Source of the DNA: a virus | IMG/VR virus record: IMGVR_UViG_3300025117_000032 | Strand: one strand, 5' to 3' | DNA: 64,000 nucleotides | Shown: piece by piece, positions 49,067-57,271 of the stretch | Numbering within the stretch: the first letter of the stretch is position 1 | Layout: every line of letters begins with the position of its first letter | Position numbers and translations under genes: made by a program | The notes under the pieces: model-generated | What the model saw: the letters and a program-made list of their open reading frames with translations, nothing else | The model's database searches: none | What the model was told of the DNA's origin: nothing

Positions 49067-49407
49067 TCCAACCTTAAAATGGGTTTCAAATTATTTTCTA
49101 TGAAAGTTTTTATTGATTCCAAAGAAATGTTCCTTGGACAATCTTCAATCGAAAAGTAACATGTGCTAGATGGACCACCCTCTAGTTTTTGTTCTATGTT
49201 GAACACATAGGAGTAGATTTTTGTATCGTCACCCAACAACTGTAAGTATCTCTTGTCAACAAGAAGGGCAGACTTGGCAACATTCTTGTTACCAAAGGGA
49301 CGGAAGAAAACAAATCCATCCGTCCCTTCCCCCACGACCTCAACAATAAGCCCATCGATGGATAGCCCGGTTCCCCTAATGATATACACCTTTGGTTTAT
49401 TTTTCAT
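49063..49407 (-). CDS. Hypothetical protein
   Basis: Packed ORF. Confidence 0.5.
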   Translation of the reverse strand: MKNKPKVYIIRGTGLSIDGLIVEVVGEGTDGFVFFRPFGNKNVAKSALLVDKRYLQLLGDDTKIYSYVFNIEQKLEGGPSSTCYFSIEDCPRNISLESIKTFIENNLKPILRLE

Positions 49408-49410
49408 GAG

Positions 49411-50217
49411 TTAGTCTCCAAGCAAGTTGCTTAGTCTGGATTTGAAGTCACCTTGATCAGATTTCTCTTCCTCTTGAACCACCACGGAATCATCTTCCGG
49501 TGGAAAATCAGTTTCATCTTCTTCAACTGGATCTGTTGAGAACTTACGAACGATTTCCTTAAGCTCTTGGTATGACTTAACAGGAAATGCTTTCTTGTCA
49601 TCCTCTAAGTAGTTTGGAGTAGACTTTAGCAAGGCTTCAATGTCAACTTTCTTAGCCAACAACTTGGACTGTGTTGGAAACACATCAAACTGCGGTTGGT
49701 CAAATTCTTCCTTCGTCTTCTTGGGAACAGTCCAAATTTCAATGTCCCGTCCTGTTGCAACATCGGAAAGGTGTCCCCACTTGGGGTCCTCAAACTTTTC
49801 CAACAAAGCCTCATAGATTTGAACGCCATAACCCCAAAGCTTAATTCCAGCACTCTCGTTCCCACGTTCGATAACAGGGGAGTATGCACGAAGTCTTGCT
49901 TTGATTTTCTTGACCATGTTCCATGCTTCTTGTGAACCAATGTTTTTCAACTCATCCACCATTTCACAAATGGGGCAGGGATCACCGTTGGTTTTCAATG
50001 GGCAAAGAACGCTGCTGTTTCCAGCAACCTTATAGTGCCAATACACTTTGAAGAAGGGGTATCCATCTGGATCGTGGATATAAGGAATTTGCCGTATAAC
50101 CTTTTTTGTCCCATCTTTCGGAGAGATACAAAACACATCGCTTTTTTCTGTGTTTGTATTCTTCCTGCGTAAGTTCTCAAGTTCTTCTGCTAGTCTGCTT
50201 TTCTTTTGTTCTGCCAT
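49411..50217 (-). CDS. Single-stranded DNA-binding protein, T4 gp32-like
   Basis: H..CP...DPCPICE Zn site, LWGYG..IYE, D..TGRDI, acidic tail. Confidence 0.8.
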   Translation of the reverse strand: MAEQKKSRLAEELENLRRKNTNTEKSDVFCISPKDGTKKVIRQIPYIHDPDGYPFFKVYWHYKVAGNSSVLCPLKTNGDPCPICEMVDELKNIGSQEAWNMVKKIKARLRAYSPVIERGNESAGIKLWGYGVQIYEALLEKFEDPKWGHLSDVATGRDIEIWTVPKKTKEEFDQPQFDVFPTQSKLLAKKVDIEALLKSTPNYLEDDKKAFPVKSYQELKEIVRKFSTDPVEEDETDFPPEDDSVVVQEEEKSDQGDFKSRLSNLLGD

Positions 50218-50302
50218 GTGTAAACCTCCAATGGTTCATTTGTTTTAGCTGTTTAGCTATGTTATCATACCACTATGGTACGAATCGTTGTGTGTAATGA
50301 TA

Positions 50303-51094
50303 CTATGTTTTGCTCTGCTTGTAAAGCTTTTTGTCGTAAAAAACTTGTATATCAAGTTCTTTTTTGAATTCATCTGGATCTCGATTCTGTTTTGAACAAT
50401 TTATTGAGTCATCACACCAACAAATGTTGTTTGGATCTCTTGCCAACTCTGGATACTCTGACCTTGGTTTTATGTGATCAACAGAAGCGTTGATCCCCAA
50501 GACAAGATCAAGCATCGTCCAATGGCACTTATGCCCTTGTTGTTCAAACAAGTTTTTCAGGTGTTTCCAATGTTTGCTTGAACCAAAAGCAGAATAAGAT
50601 TTGTGTTTGAACCAACATTTTTCGCAATATGACTTGCTATTTCCCATAAGTTGTGATCCACAATCTACACACAAACCAAACTCTTTACGTTTTTCATACT
50701 TGTTTCTTGTATATTGTTTTATTTTATCTTTGTTTATCTCATAGTATTTTTTAATGCGGTTTCTATTGACTTCTCTCCAGTTTTTGTTGGCTAGTTTTAT
50801 TTTGTCTTTGTTGGTTTTTCGATAGTTTTTTGCATATTGCTTTATTTCGCCTTTGTTGATCTCATAATATTGCTTTTTTTTGTCTTTGTTGTTTTCGTAG
50901 TAAATTTTTTTATGTTGGTTCATTTTGTCTTTGTTATTTTCATACCAATTTTTCATTGCAAGACAACCACAACTTTTGCAAAAACCTTGTAACCCATCTT
51001 TGCTTCCACTACAACTAAAAAATTGATCAATAGGTTTTTCAACCTCACATTTGGGGCACAATTTCAATCCTGTTTCAAAATTAGCTTTTGGCAT
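50303..51094 (-). CDS. HNH homing endonuclease (paralog 3 of 3)
   Basis: Same architecture as 5054-5875 and 27932-28639. Confidence 0.85.
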   Translation of the reverse strand: MPKANFETGLKLCPKCEVEKPIDQFFSCSGSKDGLQGFCKSCGCLAMKNWYENNKDKMNQHKKIYYENNKDKKKQYYEINKGEIKQYAKNYRKTNKDKIKLANKNWREVNRNRIKKYYEINKDKIKQYTRNKYEKRKEFGLCVDCGSQLMGNSKSYCEKCWFKHKSYSAFGSSKHWKHLKNLFEQQGHKCHWTMLDLVLGINASVDHIKPRSEYPELARDPNNICWCDDSINCSKQNRDPDEFKKELDIQVFYDKKLYKQSKT

Positions 51095-51100
51095 CGGATT

Positions 51101-51409
51101 TCATCCCCCAAAACTATATCTCAAAATAATATCTGCCGCATTTGATAACCACTTTATTCTTGGCTTTGCTTCCTTCAACTGTTTCAGTTGATCTTTGGAT
51201 AATCCACCCAGATAGTTGTGGAACTTCTTGTATGCTGGGGCAGTTGGGTCAACAGTATTGATCTTAGAAAACTCAACTCTCAATTTATCTAACTGATCTT
51301 CTGAAAACTTCATCTGATTTTCTATGATGCGTTTACTATTTTTCTTGTTTGGTTTGTTTTCTTCTAACAAACATTCTATGATAATACTCTTTAGCTCTGA
51401 TCTTTTCAT
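51101..51409 (-). CDS. Hypothetical protein with MKRSELKxII leader
   Basis: MKRSELKSIIIECLLEE. Confidence 0.6.
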   Translation of the reverse strand: MKRSELKSIIIECLLEENKPNKKNSKRIIENQMKFSEDQLDKLRVEFSKINTVDPTAPAYKKFHNYLGGLSKDQLKQLKEAKPRIKWLSNAADIILRYSFGG

Positions 51410-51421
51410 CTACAATTTCTC

Positions 51422-51820
51422 CTATGAGTTAACCTTCACTAGCCTGATTGGAACAGACACCAATTTGCCACCACGAATAATCAGGAAGGAATTTTCATAG
51501 TCTCCCCAATTTACGTTGTAGCTCTTATCTAAATATCCCCCATTCTTGTTCTTGATTAACTCATTCATTGCATTTAGGGAGTAGAGGGTATTGGTCTGCT
51601 TTTTTCTATGTATGCTAATCGTGTTCTTCCAAATGGTTGAAAACCTCATGTTTGAAAACTCTGGGTTTAAGTTGTAGGAAAGGATATATTCTGCATTGTC
51701 GTCTTCATTTATGAACACAAAAATTTCATTCTTGGCTAAGTTCAACATACTGGATATTTGATCAATCGCTTTATGTAGTTCATCCTTTTGAACAAAGGAT
51801 GCGAGAAGTAAAAATTTCAT
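51422..51820 (-). CDS. Conserved jumbo-phage protein
   Basis: NTISIHRKKQTNTLYSLNAMN...G.LD..Y.VNW..Y.NS. Confidence 0.7.
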   Translation of the reverse strand: MKFLLLASFVQKDELHKAIDQISSMLNLAKNEIFVFINEDDNAEYILSYNLNPEFSNMRFSTIWKNTISIHRKKQTNTLYSLNAMNELIKNKNGGYLDKSYNVNWGDYENSFLIIRGGKLVSVPIRLVKVNS

Positions 51821-51821
51821 T

Positions 51822-52754
51822 TTATAGCTCCAACATGGAAGTCAAACCCCTCCCTATTTGAATGCCAACTTCTAAGTGGTACTCTGGGTGGATATTTTCC
51901 ATGGTTCTCTTGATAACTCCTATACTGTTCTCCAATTGTGATTTGTCCACATCGAAATATATGGAGTCAAACCTATGAAAAAGGATATGGGTTTTCTTTA
52001 AACCCAATAAATCTATGGAGATTAGATCATCAATCAACAACTCTGTACCTATTGATTGTATGATATTGTTAAATATAGAGCTTTCATCCTTGGGATAAAT
52101 CTTTCTCCCATATGAGTTGACAACATACCCTGTTTTTCGGAACATCTCAATCTTGGTTTTGTTGTATGCTTCTATGTAGACCCTTAGATTTGAGAAAACA
52201 TCAAATATTGACCTAAGAGATTCCTTGTCATATTTCTTTGAATCAACCAGGGATTGACACATCCTGATAACAGATTCTTCCCTTGCGTATAGAAGCGTAG
52301 AATCGATCACCTTGGCTTCTGACCTGGGAACACCCAATGTATCGGATACAAACTTATGAATGTCCTGGGGGCAATCTGGAACGTTTAGGAGGCTTCTGAA
52401 TATGTTGTACTCATGTACCTTGTAATCAAAGACCACAATATACCCATCCTCATACCTAGATTGTATACTCTTTAGGACAATAGGGTCAGATTCATTTATT
52501 AGGTTAACATACCCCTTAACAGCAAATATCCTAAAGGTTCTTTTATCCCTTCCATAGTATTTTGATCTTATGTAGTTATTATTTTGAACTGCTTCTTGAT
52601 ATACTTTCACTAAGCTGCTTTTTTTCTTATGCTTATTAAGACAGTAATGGACATAGAGTGCATTTGTGTTTATATGCACTATACAGTTATTTAAGATGCT
52701 TTCAGCTATTAATGAGCTTATGTTCCTTTTATATGTAGATTGTACTATATTCAC
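51822..52754 (-). CDS. Divergent family A DNA polymerase-like domain
   Basis: Motif A VVFDY...E, DIH, motif B R.EAK....LLY, GYV.NSYGRK, N.IIQS, motif C-like FHRFDS. Confidence 0.65.
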   Translation of the reverse strand: MNIVQSTYKRNISSLIAESILNNCIVHINTNALYVHYCLNKHKKKSSLVKVYQEAVQNNNYIRSKYYGRDKRTFRIFAVKGYVNLINESDPIVLKSIQSRYEDGYIVVFDYKVHEYNIFRSLLNVPDCPQDIHKFVSDTLGVPRSEAKVIDSTLLYAREESVIRMCQSLVDSKKYDKESLRSIFDVFSNLRVYIEAYNKTKIEMFRKTGYVVNSYGRKIYPKDESSIFNNIIQSIGTELLIDDLISIDLLGLKKTHILFHRFDSIYFDVDKSQLENSIGVIKRTMENIHPEYHLEVGIQIGRGLTSMLEL

Positions 52755-52763
52755 TGTAACCCC

Positions 52764-52848
52764 TTAACTGCTTTTTAGATATTAGGTACTTTAACTGCTT
52801 TTTAGATATTAGGTACTTTAACTGCTTTTTAGATATTAGGTACTTTAA
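52764..52848. repeat. 3 exact tandem 27-bp repeats next to AT-rich tract (candidate origin)
   Basis: TTAACTGCTTTTTAGATATTAGGTACT at 52764, 52791, 52818, then TTAA; AT-rich 52861-52900. Confidence 0.9.
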
Positions 52849-52927
52849 GCTACTAAGCTCTTTATAATATATAAGATAAATAAGATATTCTTTTTTTCTT
52901 CGCCGCTACGAAAGTATAGCAGAGAAA

Positions 52928-53665
52928 TTAGGATTTGTAAAGAAAATTTTGAAAGATTTTTTCAAAAGACCCAAATTTTTTCACAATGTAAACCAAAATT
53001 TCCTGTTTCGATAGGTTTCGTTGGGATTCAAACTGCTTGTGGATGCTGTCCATGGTTAGAATTTTACCACACAACGCCTGACACGCATCCTGTAGGACAA
53101 TGGGAATCACCTTGCAACTCTTGATATCTACATCTTCATTACTAAAAATCATACAAGATTTGCCACAACCATTTATCAAATCAACAACTAGTTTATCTGG
53201 ATCCATGCCAAGATACACCAGGGAGTCCTTTTTCATTGAAAAGATGGTTAGTTTCCCGCTATCATCAATGCACAGGTATATCTCATACCTACCATTGTGA
53301 ATAAAAATCTTCTTGGTTTTCTGTAAGAAAAACTCAAGGGGGTCTAGCTTATCAAACATCAAGTCTAAGCTAACATCTGTGCACCTGAAAAATTCATCCA
53401 GGGTTTTCTTGACAAATTTATCAACCCAACACTCATGAGGGATCTCTTGTTCCGAATAAGACCAGTAGTAATATTGATTGATCTTTGTATCGTGGCCAAC
53501 TGAATCACCAAAGATTTCTTTGGCTAATTTTTTTCCATAAATCAACGTTGGTTTGTCAGTTTTTACTTGACTTATGCCGGAACATATGTTAATATGTGGG
53601 GTGTCGTATTCTCTTAGTTCACCAGGAACCTTTTCAGAACCGATCAATACGTTCATTAGAACCAT
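52928..53665 (-). CDS. Hypothetical protein
   Basis: AGGAG RBS; KPTLIYG motif. Confidence 0.6.
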   Translation of the reverse strand: MVLMNVLIGSEKVPGELREYDTPHINICSGISQVKTDKPTLIYGKKLAKEIFGDSVGHDTKINQYYYWSYSEQEIPHECWVDKFVKKTLDEFFRCTDVSLDLMFDKLDPLEFFLQKTKKIFIHNGRYEIYLCIDDSGKLTIFSMKKDSLVYLGMDPDKLVVDLINGCGKSCMIFSNEDVDIKSCKVIPIVLQDACQALCGKILTMDSIHKQFESQRNLSKQEILVYIVKKFGSFEKIFQNFLYKS

Positions 53666-53677
53666 TGTTTGTTACTC

Positions 53678-55444
53678 CTATCCAAATCCACCAGTGCCAA
53701 TAGCATCATTTACATTTGTTTTGTGTTCGCTTGATGGGAATACCATTTCTCTCCAATTGAAGCTAGGCACAACCAACTCATCTGGAACATCATTCGTGAC
53801 ATTTTGATCACTCGTTGCAGCCCTACTACCATCAACAAACGTCTTCGTTTGGATCAACTTCATCGCAGTTGTAAACACATTCTCATCAATCTCATGTGTG
53901 AACTCAATGACCTTGTATTTTCCACTCCACAACATTCCACCCAAGTTCAAATCTATGTCATCAAATAAACTTACAGACGGGGTTCCCAAGATAACCATTC
54001 CAATTTCTTTTGCCTCTTGGGCAATGAATTGATACATGGATTTTATGTTGTTTATCAAGGCTGGGGTTGACATTGACATTTCTGTTCCATCTTTTCCAGC
54101 CATCTTATCTGCTGATATAGCATTGTAGATGGTAAACTCACCAGAGTCAATGCCGGCGTCGATTGATATTATCACATTGTTGTTTGAATGTATATCAAAA
54201 CTTGCGTTTTTGTTGAATATGCTTTTGAATGAACTCGCAACTTGAGTCTCTTGCATGGTGTTTAGGATGCTAGGAAATTCGTATGAGGTATATTCCCCAA
54301 TGTTGTTGAAACTGGATTGAAGGATCGTCCACTTCATCTTTCCTTCTTTGTTGACCACATCTGGAGTTTGCCAAATTGTGAAACCATTTTCAGAAAGCAT
54401 ACTGTCAATCATCTGCAATACACTAGTGTTAGCATACTCTTCAACATTCCAAAGTTTGTTCAATGTTTCTGTGTTCTGCATTGCACCCTGGGAAAAATCT
54501 CTTGCCAATTCTGTTCCATTTGTTGTGGACCCATCTTGCAGCACAATATCAAAGCAAATCAACCTTATGTCATCTGAACTTGGGATATCTGTTTCATCCA
54601 CAAACAACATTCTACTTGAAAGAGCTATTTCATTTGTGGTTGGTTGTGCTTCCTCACTCTCGATAACATTACTCTGCCCATTCAAACCATTGACGACTTT
54701 AATCCTGGCAAACTTTTGTTCCGTTCTACTGGTCATTTGGTCTGGGTTTATGCCGTCTTTCAAGACACCACTTTTTATGTTCCTCACCAAAGTCTTCGAT
54801 GCCTCTAGCAAAATCTTAATGGTGTTAGCCAAAGATTGGGGGTGTAACCAAACTCCATCCGAATTGCAATATTGTGCCCCAGGTATACCAGATGAAACCT
54901 TCATGTTATCACCTTCACCACGAACATAATAGTCGGTAGGGTCATAGTCAGTATTAGTTGTGCTTACGTTCATTGCATTTTCTGCCAGTGTCTTAATTGC
55001 CCCAACCTTTATGTCATCTAGCAACAAAGAGTTTGTGGATATCAATTGTAGTTCAAGACCAAAGGTTCTCGTGTCACTAGCATAAGTTAAAGATGGTCTT
55101 CCAGCCAACATCAAATCAGACAGAGTTCCTTTGAAATATTTGCTCTCTCCACCGTCACCAGCCCAACCATATTCCAGCTTAAATTTTTCAGAGAACATCA
55201 ACAGTCTATTCAACAGACTAGAATCATCATCTGCTTCTATTACTAAGTCCTGGGATAGGGTTATGCTGGCGACTGCTTCAACATATGATCCCTTGTTATT
55301 GATCGTGACTTTGTTCAACCCATAAAACGAAACAGGGTTTCTCACAAAAATGTTCGAGTTGCTACCGCCGATAACAATGTCTTTGTGGGTGGACCTACTT
55401 ATTTTTGTTAGTACAGCAAAGGGAACTAGATTTGAGTATGACAC
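53678..55444 (-). CDS. Putative baseplate hub (gp27/late control D-like)
   Basis: LEYGW; C-terminal ILGTP.V...D.I.L..SGKYKVIEFTHEI...FTT; tail-gene context. Confidence 0.6.
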   Translation of the reverse strand: MSYSNLVPFAVLTKISRSTHKDIVIGGSNSNIFVRNPVSFYGLNKVTINNKGSYVEAVASITLSQDLVIEADDDSSLLNRLLMFSEKFKLEYGWAGDGGESKYFKGTLSDLMLAGRPSLTYASDTRTFGLELQLISTNSLLLDDIKVGAIKTLAENAMNVSTTNTDYDPTDYYVRGEGDNMKVSSGIPGAQYCNSDGVWLHPQSLANTIKILLEASKTLVRNIKSGVLKDGINPDQMTSRTEQKFARIKVVNGLNGQSNVIESEEAQPTTNEIALSSRMLFVDETDIPSSDDIRLICFDIVLQDGSTTNGTELARDFSQGAMQNTETLNKLWNVEEYANTSVLQMIDSMLSENGFTIWQTPDVVNKEGKMKWTILQSSFNNIGEYTSYEFPSILNTMQETQVASSFKSIFNKNASFDIHSNNNVIISIDAGIDSGEFTIYNAISADKMAGKDGTEMSMSTPALINNIKSMYQFIAQEAKEIGMVILGTPSVSLFDDIDLNLGGMLWSGKYKVIEFTHEIDENVFTTAMKLIQTKTFVDGSRAATSDQNVTNDVPDELVVPSFNWREMVFPSSEHKTNVNDAIGTGGFG

Positions 55445-55445
55445 A

Positions 55446-55745
55446 CTACACCTGGTTCCTTATTTCATTCAAGACATCTGCAAGTGGATAGGGAACTCGT
55501 ATTACTTCCCCGGCTTCTATATCAAACTCTATGTGGTAATTATTGGCAGCTAAGATTACCCACCAGTAGTTTGGTGAGCCATATACTCTATTGGATATCA
55601 AGTCAAGCCTATCCGCACTATTGTATGTAAGAAACACATCTGTTTCCCGATCCAATATTTTGTAAGGTGGGGTGTTTGGTGGGGGAACATTATCCTTACT
55701 TTTTTTCAGGTTGAATATTTCCCTGTATCTGTTAACAACAGCCAT
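55446..55745 (-). CDS. LysM-like baseplate protein (gp53/tail X-like)
   Basis: DRLDLISNRVYGSPNYWWVILAAN...G.VIRVP. Confidence 0.85.
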   Translation of the reverse strand: MAVVNRYREIFNLKKSKDNVPPPNTPPYKILDRETDVFLTYNSADRLDLISNRVYGSPNYWWVILAANNYHIEFDIEAGEVIRVPYPLADVLNEIRNQV

Positions 55746-55747
55746 GC

Positions 55748-57271
55748 TTAACTCACACTATCTTTGTCAAAGTTGTAGAAGTCTTCGCTGTCTGCGGACA
55801 ATGAAGCTCCATGTAATAGTTTACCATTCAAGGTTATCTTCATAATCATAGGCACGATATCGTTGTCATTCAAATCCCAAATCAATGGATCATAGGAAAA
55901 GTTTGTGGACTCTATTATGCAATAGATTCCCCTGAACATTGAACCAACCCATAGCCTGCAATATGGTGCTGATTGGTATTTCCCGTAAGAATATTTTGGT
56001 CTTTGGCATTGGTGTAAGAAGTTCTTTCTTTTTGCCACTTCACTCTTTGTTAGCAATGGATACTGTTCCCCATTCGGACCCGTTAGTTTGTTTCTCATTG
56101 GGTTTGTTCCCAACTCTTCTAGTAAGCCCTTTCCAGAATTCGGTCCAAAGTCTCCAACAACTGGAATGTCTCCCCCGTCTGCAAATAACATGAAATCCAT
56201 GGTGAAGGTTCTCTCTGCCCTTTGGTATGTGTATATGTCCTCACTTCTGTTTATTAGGGAGATACTATTCCAGGAAGCAGAATCTTCTTCGTTGATGCTT
56301 TCAATGTATGCCGGGAAACTCATAGTTTTTCCATTGGCTAGGTTCATAATTTTGAAATCAAACCCAGGTGCCTCTAAATCAGAGGGTTTGTACTCTGGAC
56401 CCCCAAACCTATTTGGTAAATATTTGTTCCCGTATGTTCCACCAAAGCTGGGTCCAAATTTTGGTATGATTGGTAGTTTAATCGGTCCAGTTGGGATTGG
56501 GAATTTGATTGTTCCGTTTCCACCTTGGTTTGTTAAGGCTTTTTTGAGTTGACTTGATGGGTCAAGTGAACCAATATCAGAAAAGAAACTTTCAACATTA
56601 CCAAATATCTTTGATGTATCAAGTAAGTTTGTTCCCAAAAACGACTGTTCCTTGGATAGTCTGTTGCCTTTCAATTGATGCAATTTTGCTAACATCGAAT
56701 GCTCTATTGCTGTCTGGGTGTTGGTTACAACCGATGCTCTCCTTATGGAATCGATCATCATGCTTGCTGGTATCTCTTCAAACGGTCCAACCGTTCTAGC
56801 CATCAAAGCTTGAAGCTGTTGGATAGAAGCTTCCACCGCAGAATCTTTTGCCTCATTCAAAAAGTTACCCAAGGTTTCGGTTGGATTCTGGATAAGTGCA
56901 ACCGTATCTTCCACAATGTTGTCAATTCCAAAGCTAGAAAGGGATAGACTCCCAAGTACGTTTCCTATGGCATCACCAAGATCATCAACCGATGGTAACA
57001 ATTGGGGTTTGTTGTTGGACTTGTTTTCCTCAAGCTTCTTTTTTCTCTCATCTTCTGTTCCAATTCGCTCCCAAATTGTGTCATATTGTTTGAACATGGT
57101 TGACAAAGCTTCATAAGCTATTGCCGATCTTTCCACAATGGTACTTTCGTTAACATATCTGTCAACAACCTCGAAAATTTCCCCAATCAAACTTGTATTT
57201 TCATCATAAGTGTCAACAATAGGGTGTCTTCCACCTAGCAAGCTATCATCAATTTTGCGATCAGACATCAT
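55748..57271 (-). CDS. Putative tail tube initiator / baseplate protein
   Basis: FPAYIESINE..SASWN....RSE..YTY..AERT, P.CRL.VG.MF, I.S..FSY...WD. Confidence 0.55.
   Translation of the reverse strand: MMSDRKIDDSLLGGRHPIVDTYDENTSLIGEIFEVVDRYVNESTIVERSAIAYEALSTMFKQYDTIWERIGTEDERKKKLEENKSNNKPQLLPSVDDLGDAIGNVLGSLSLSSFGIDNIVEDTVALIQNPTETLGNFLNEAKDSAVEASIQQLQALMARTVGPFEEIPASMMIDSIRRASVVTNTQTAIEHSMLAKLHQLKGNRLSKEQSFLGTNLLDTSKIFGNVESFFSDIGSLDPSSQLKKALTNQGGNGTIKFPIPTGPIKLPIIPKFGPSFGGTYGNKYLPNRFGGPEYKPSDLEAPGFDFKIMNLANGKTMSFPAYIESINEEDSASWNSISLINRSEDIYTYQRAERTFTMDFMLFADGGDIPVVGDFGPNSGKGLLEELGTNPMRNKLTGPNGEQYPLLTKSEVAKRKNFLHQCQRPKYSYGKYQSAPYCRLWVGSMFRGIYCIIESTNFSYDPLIWDLNDNDIVPMIMKITLNGKLLHGASLSADSEDFYNFDKDSVS

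Noticed and set aside
52764-52848. CRISPR array
   Set aside because: Repeats are directly adjacent with no spacers, and no cas genes are seen
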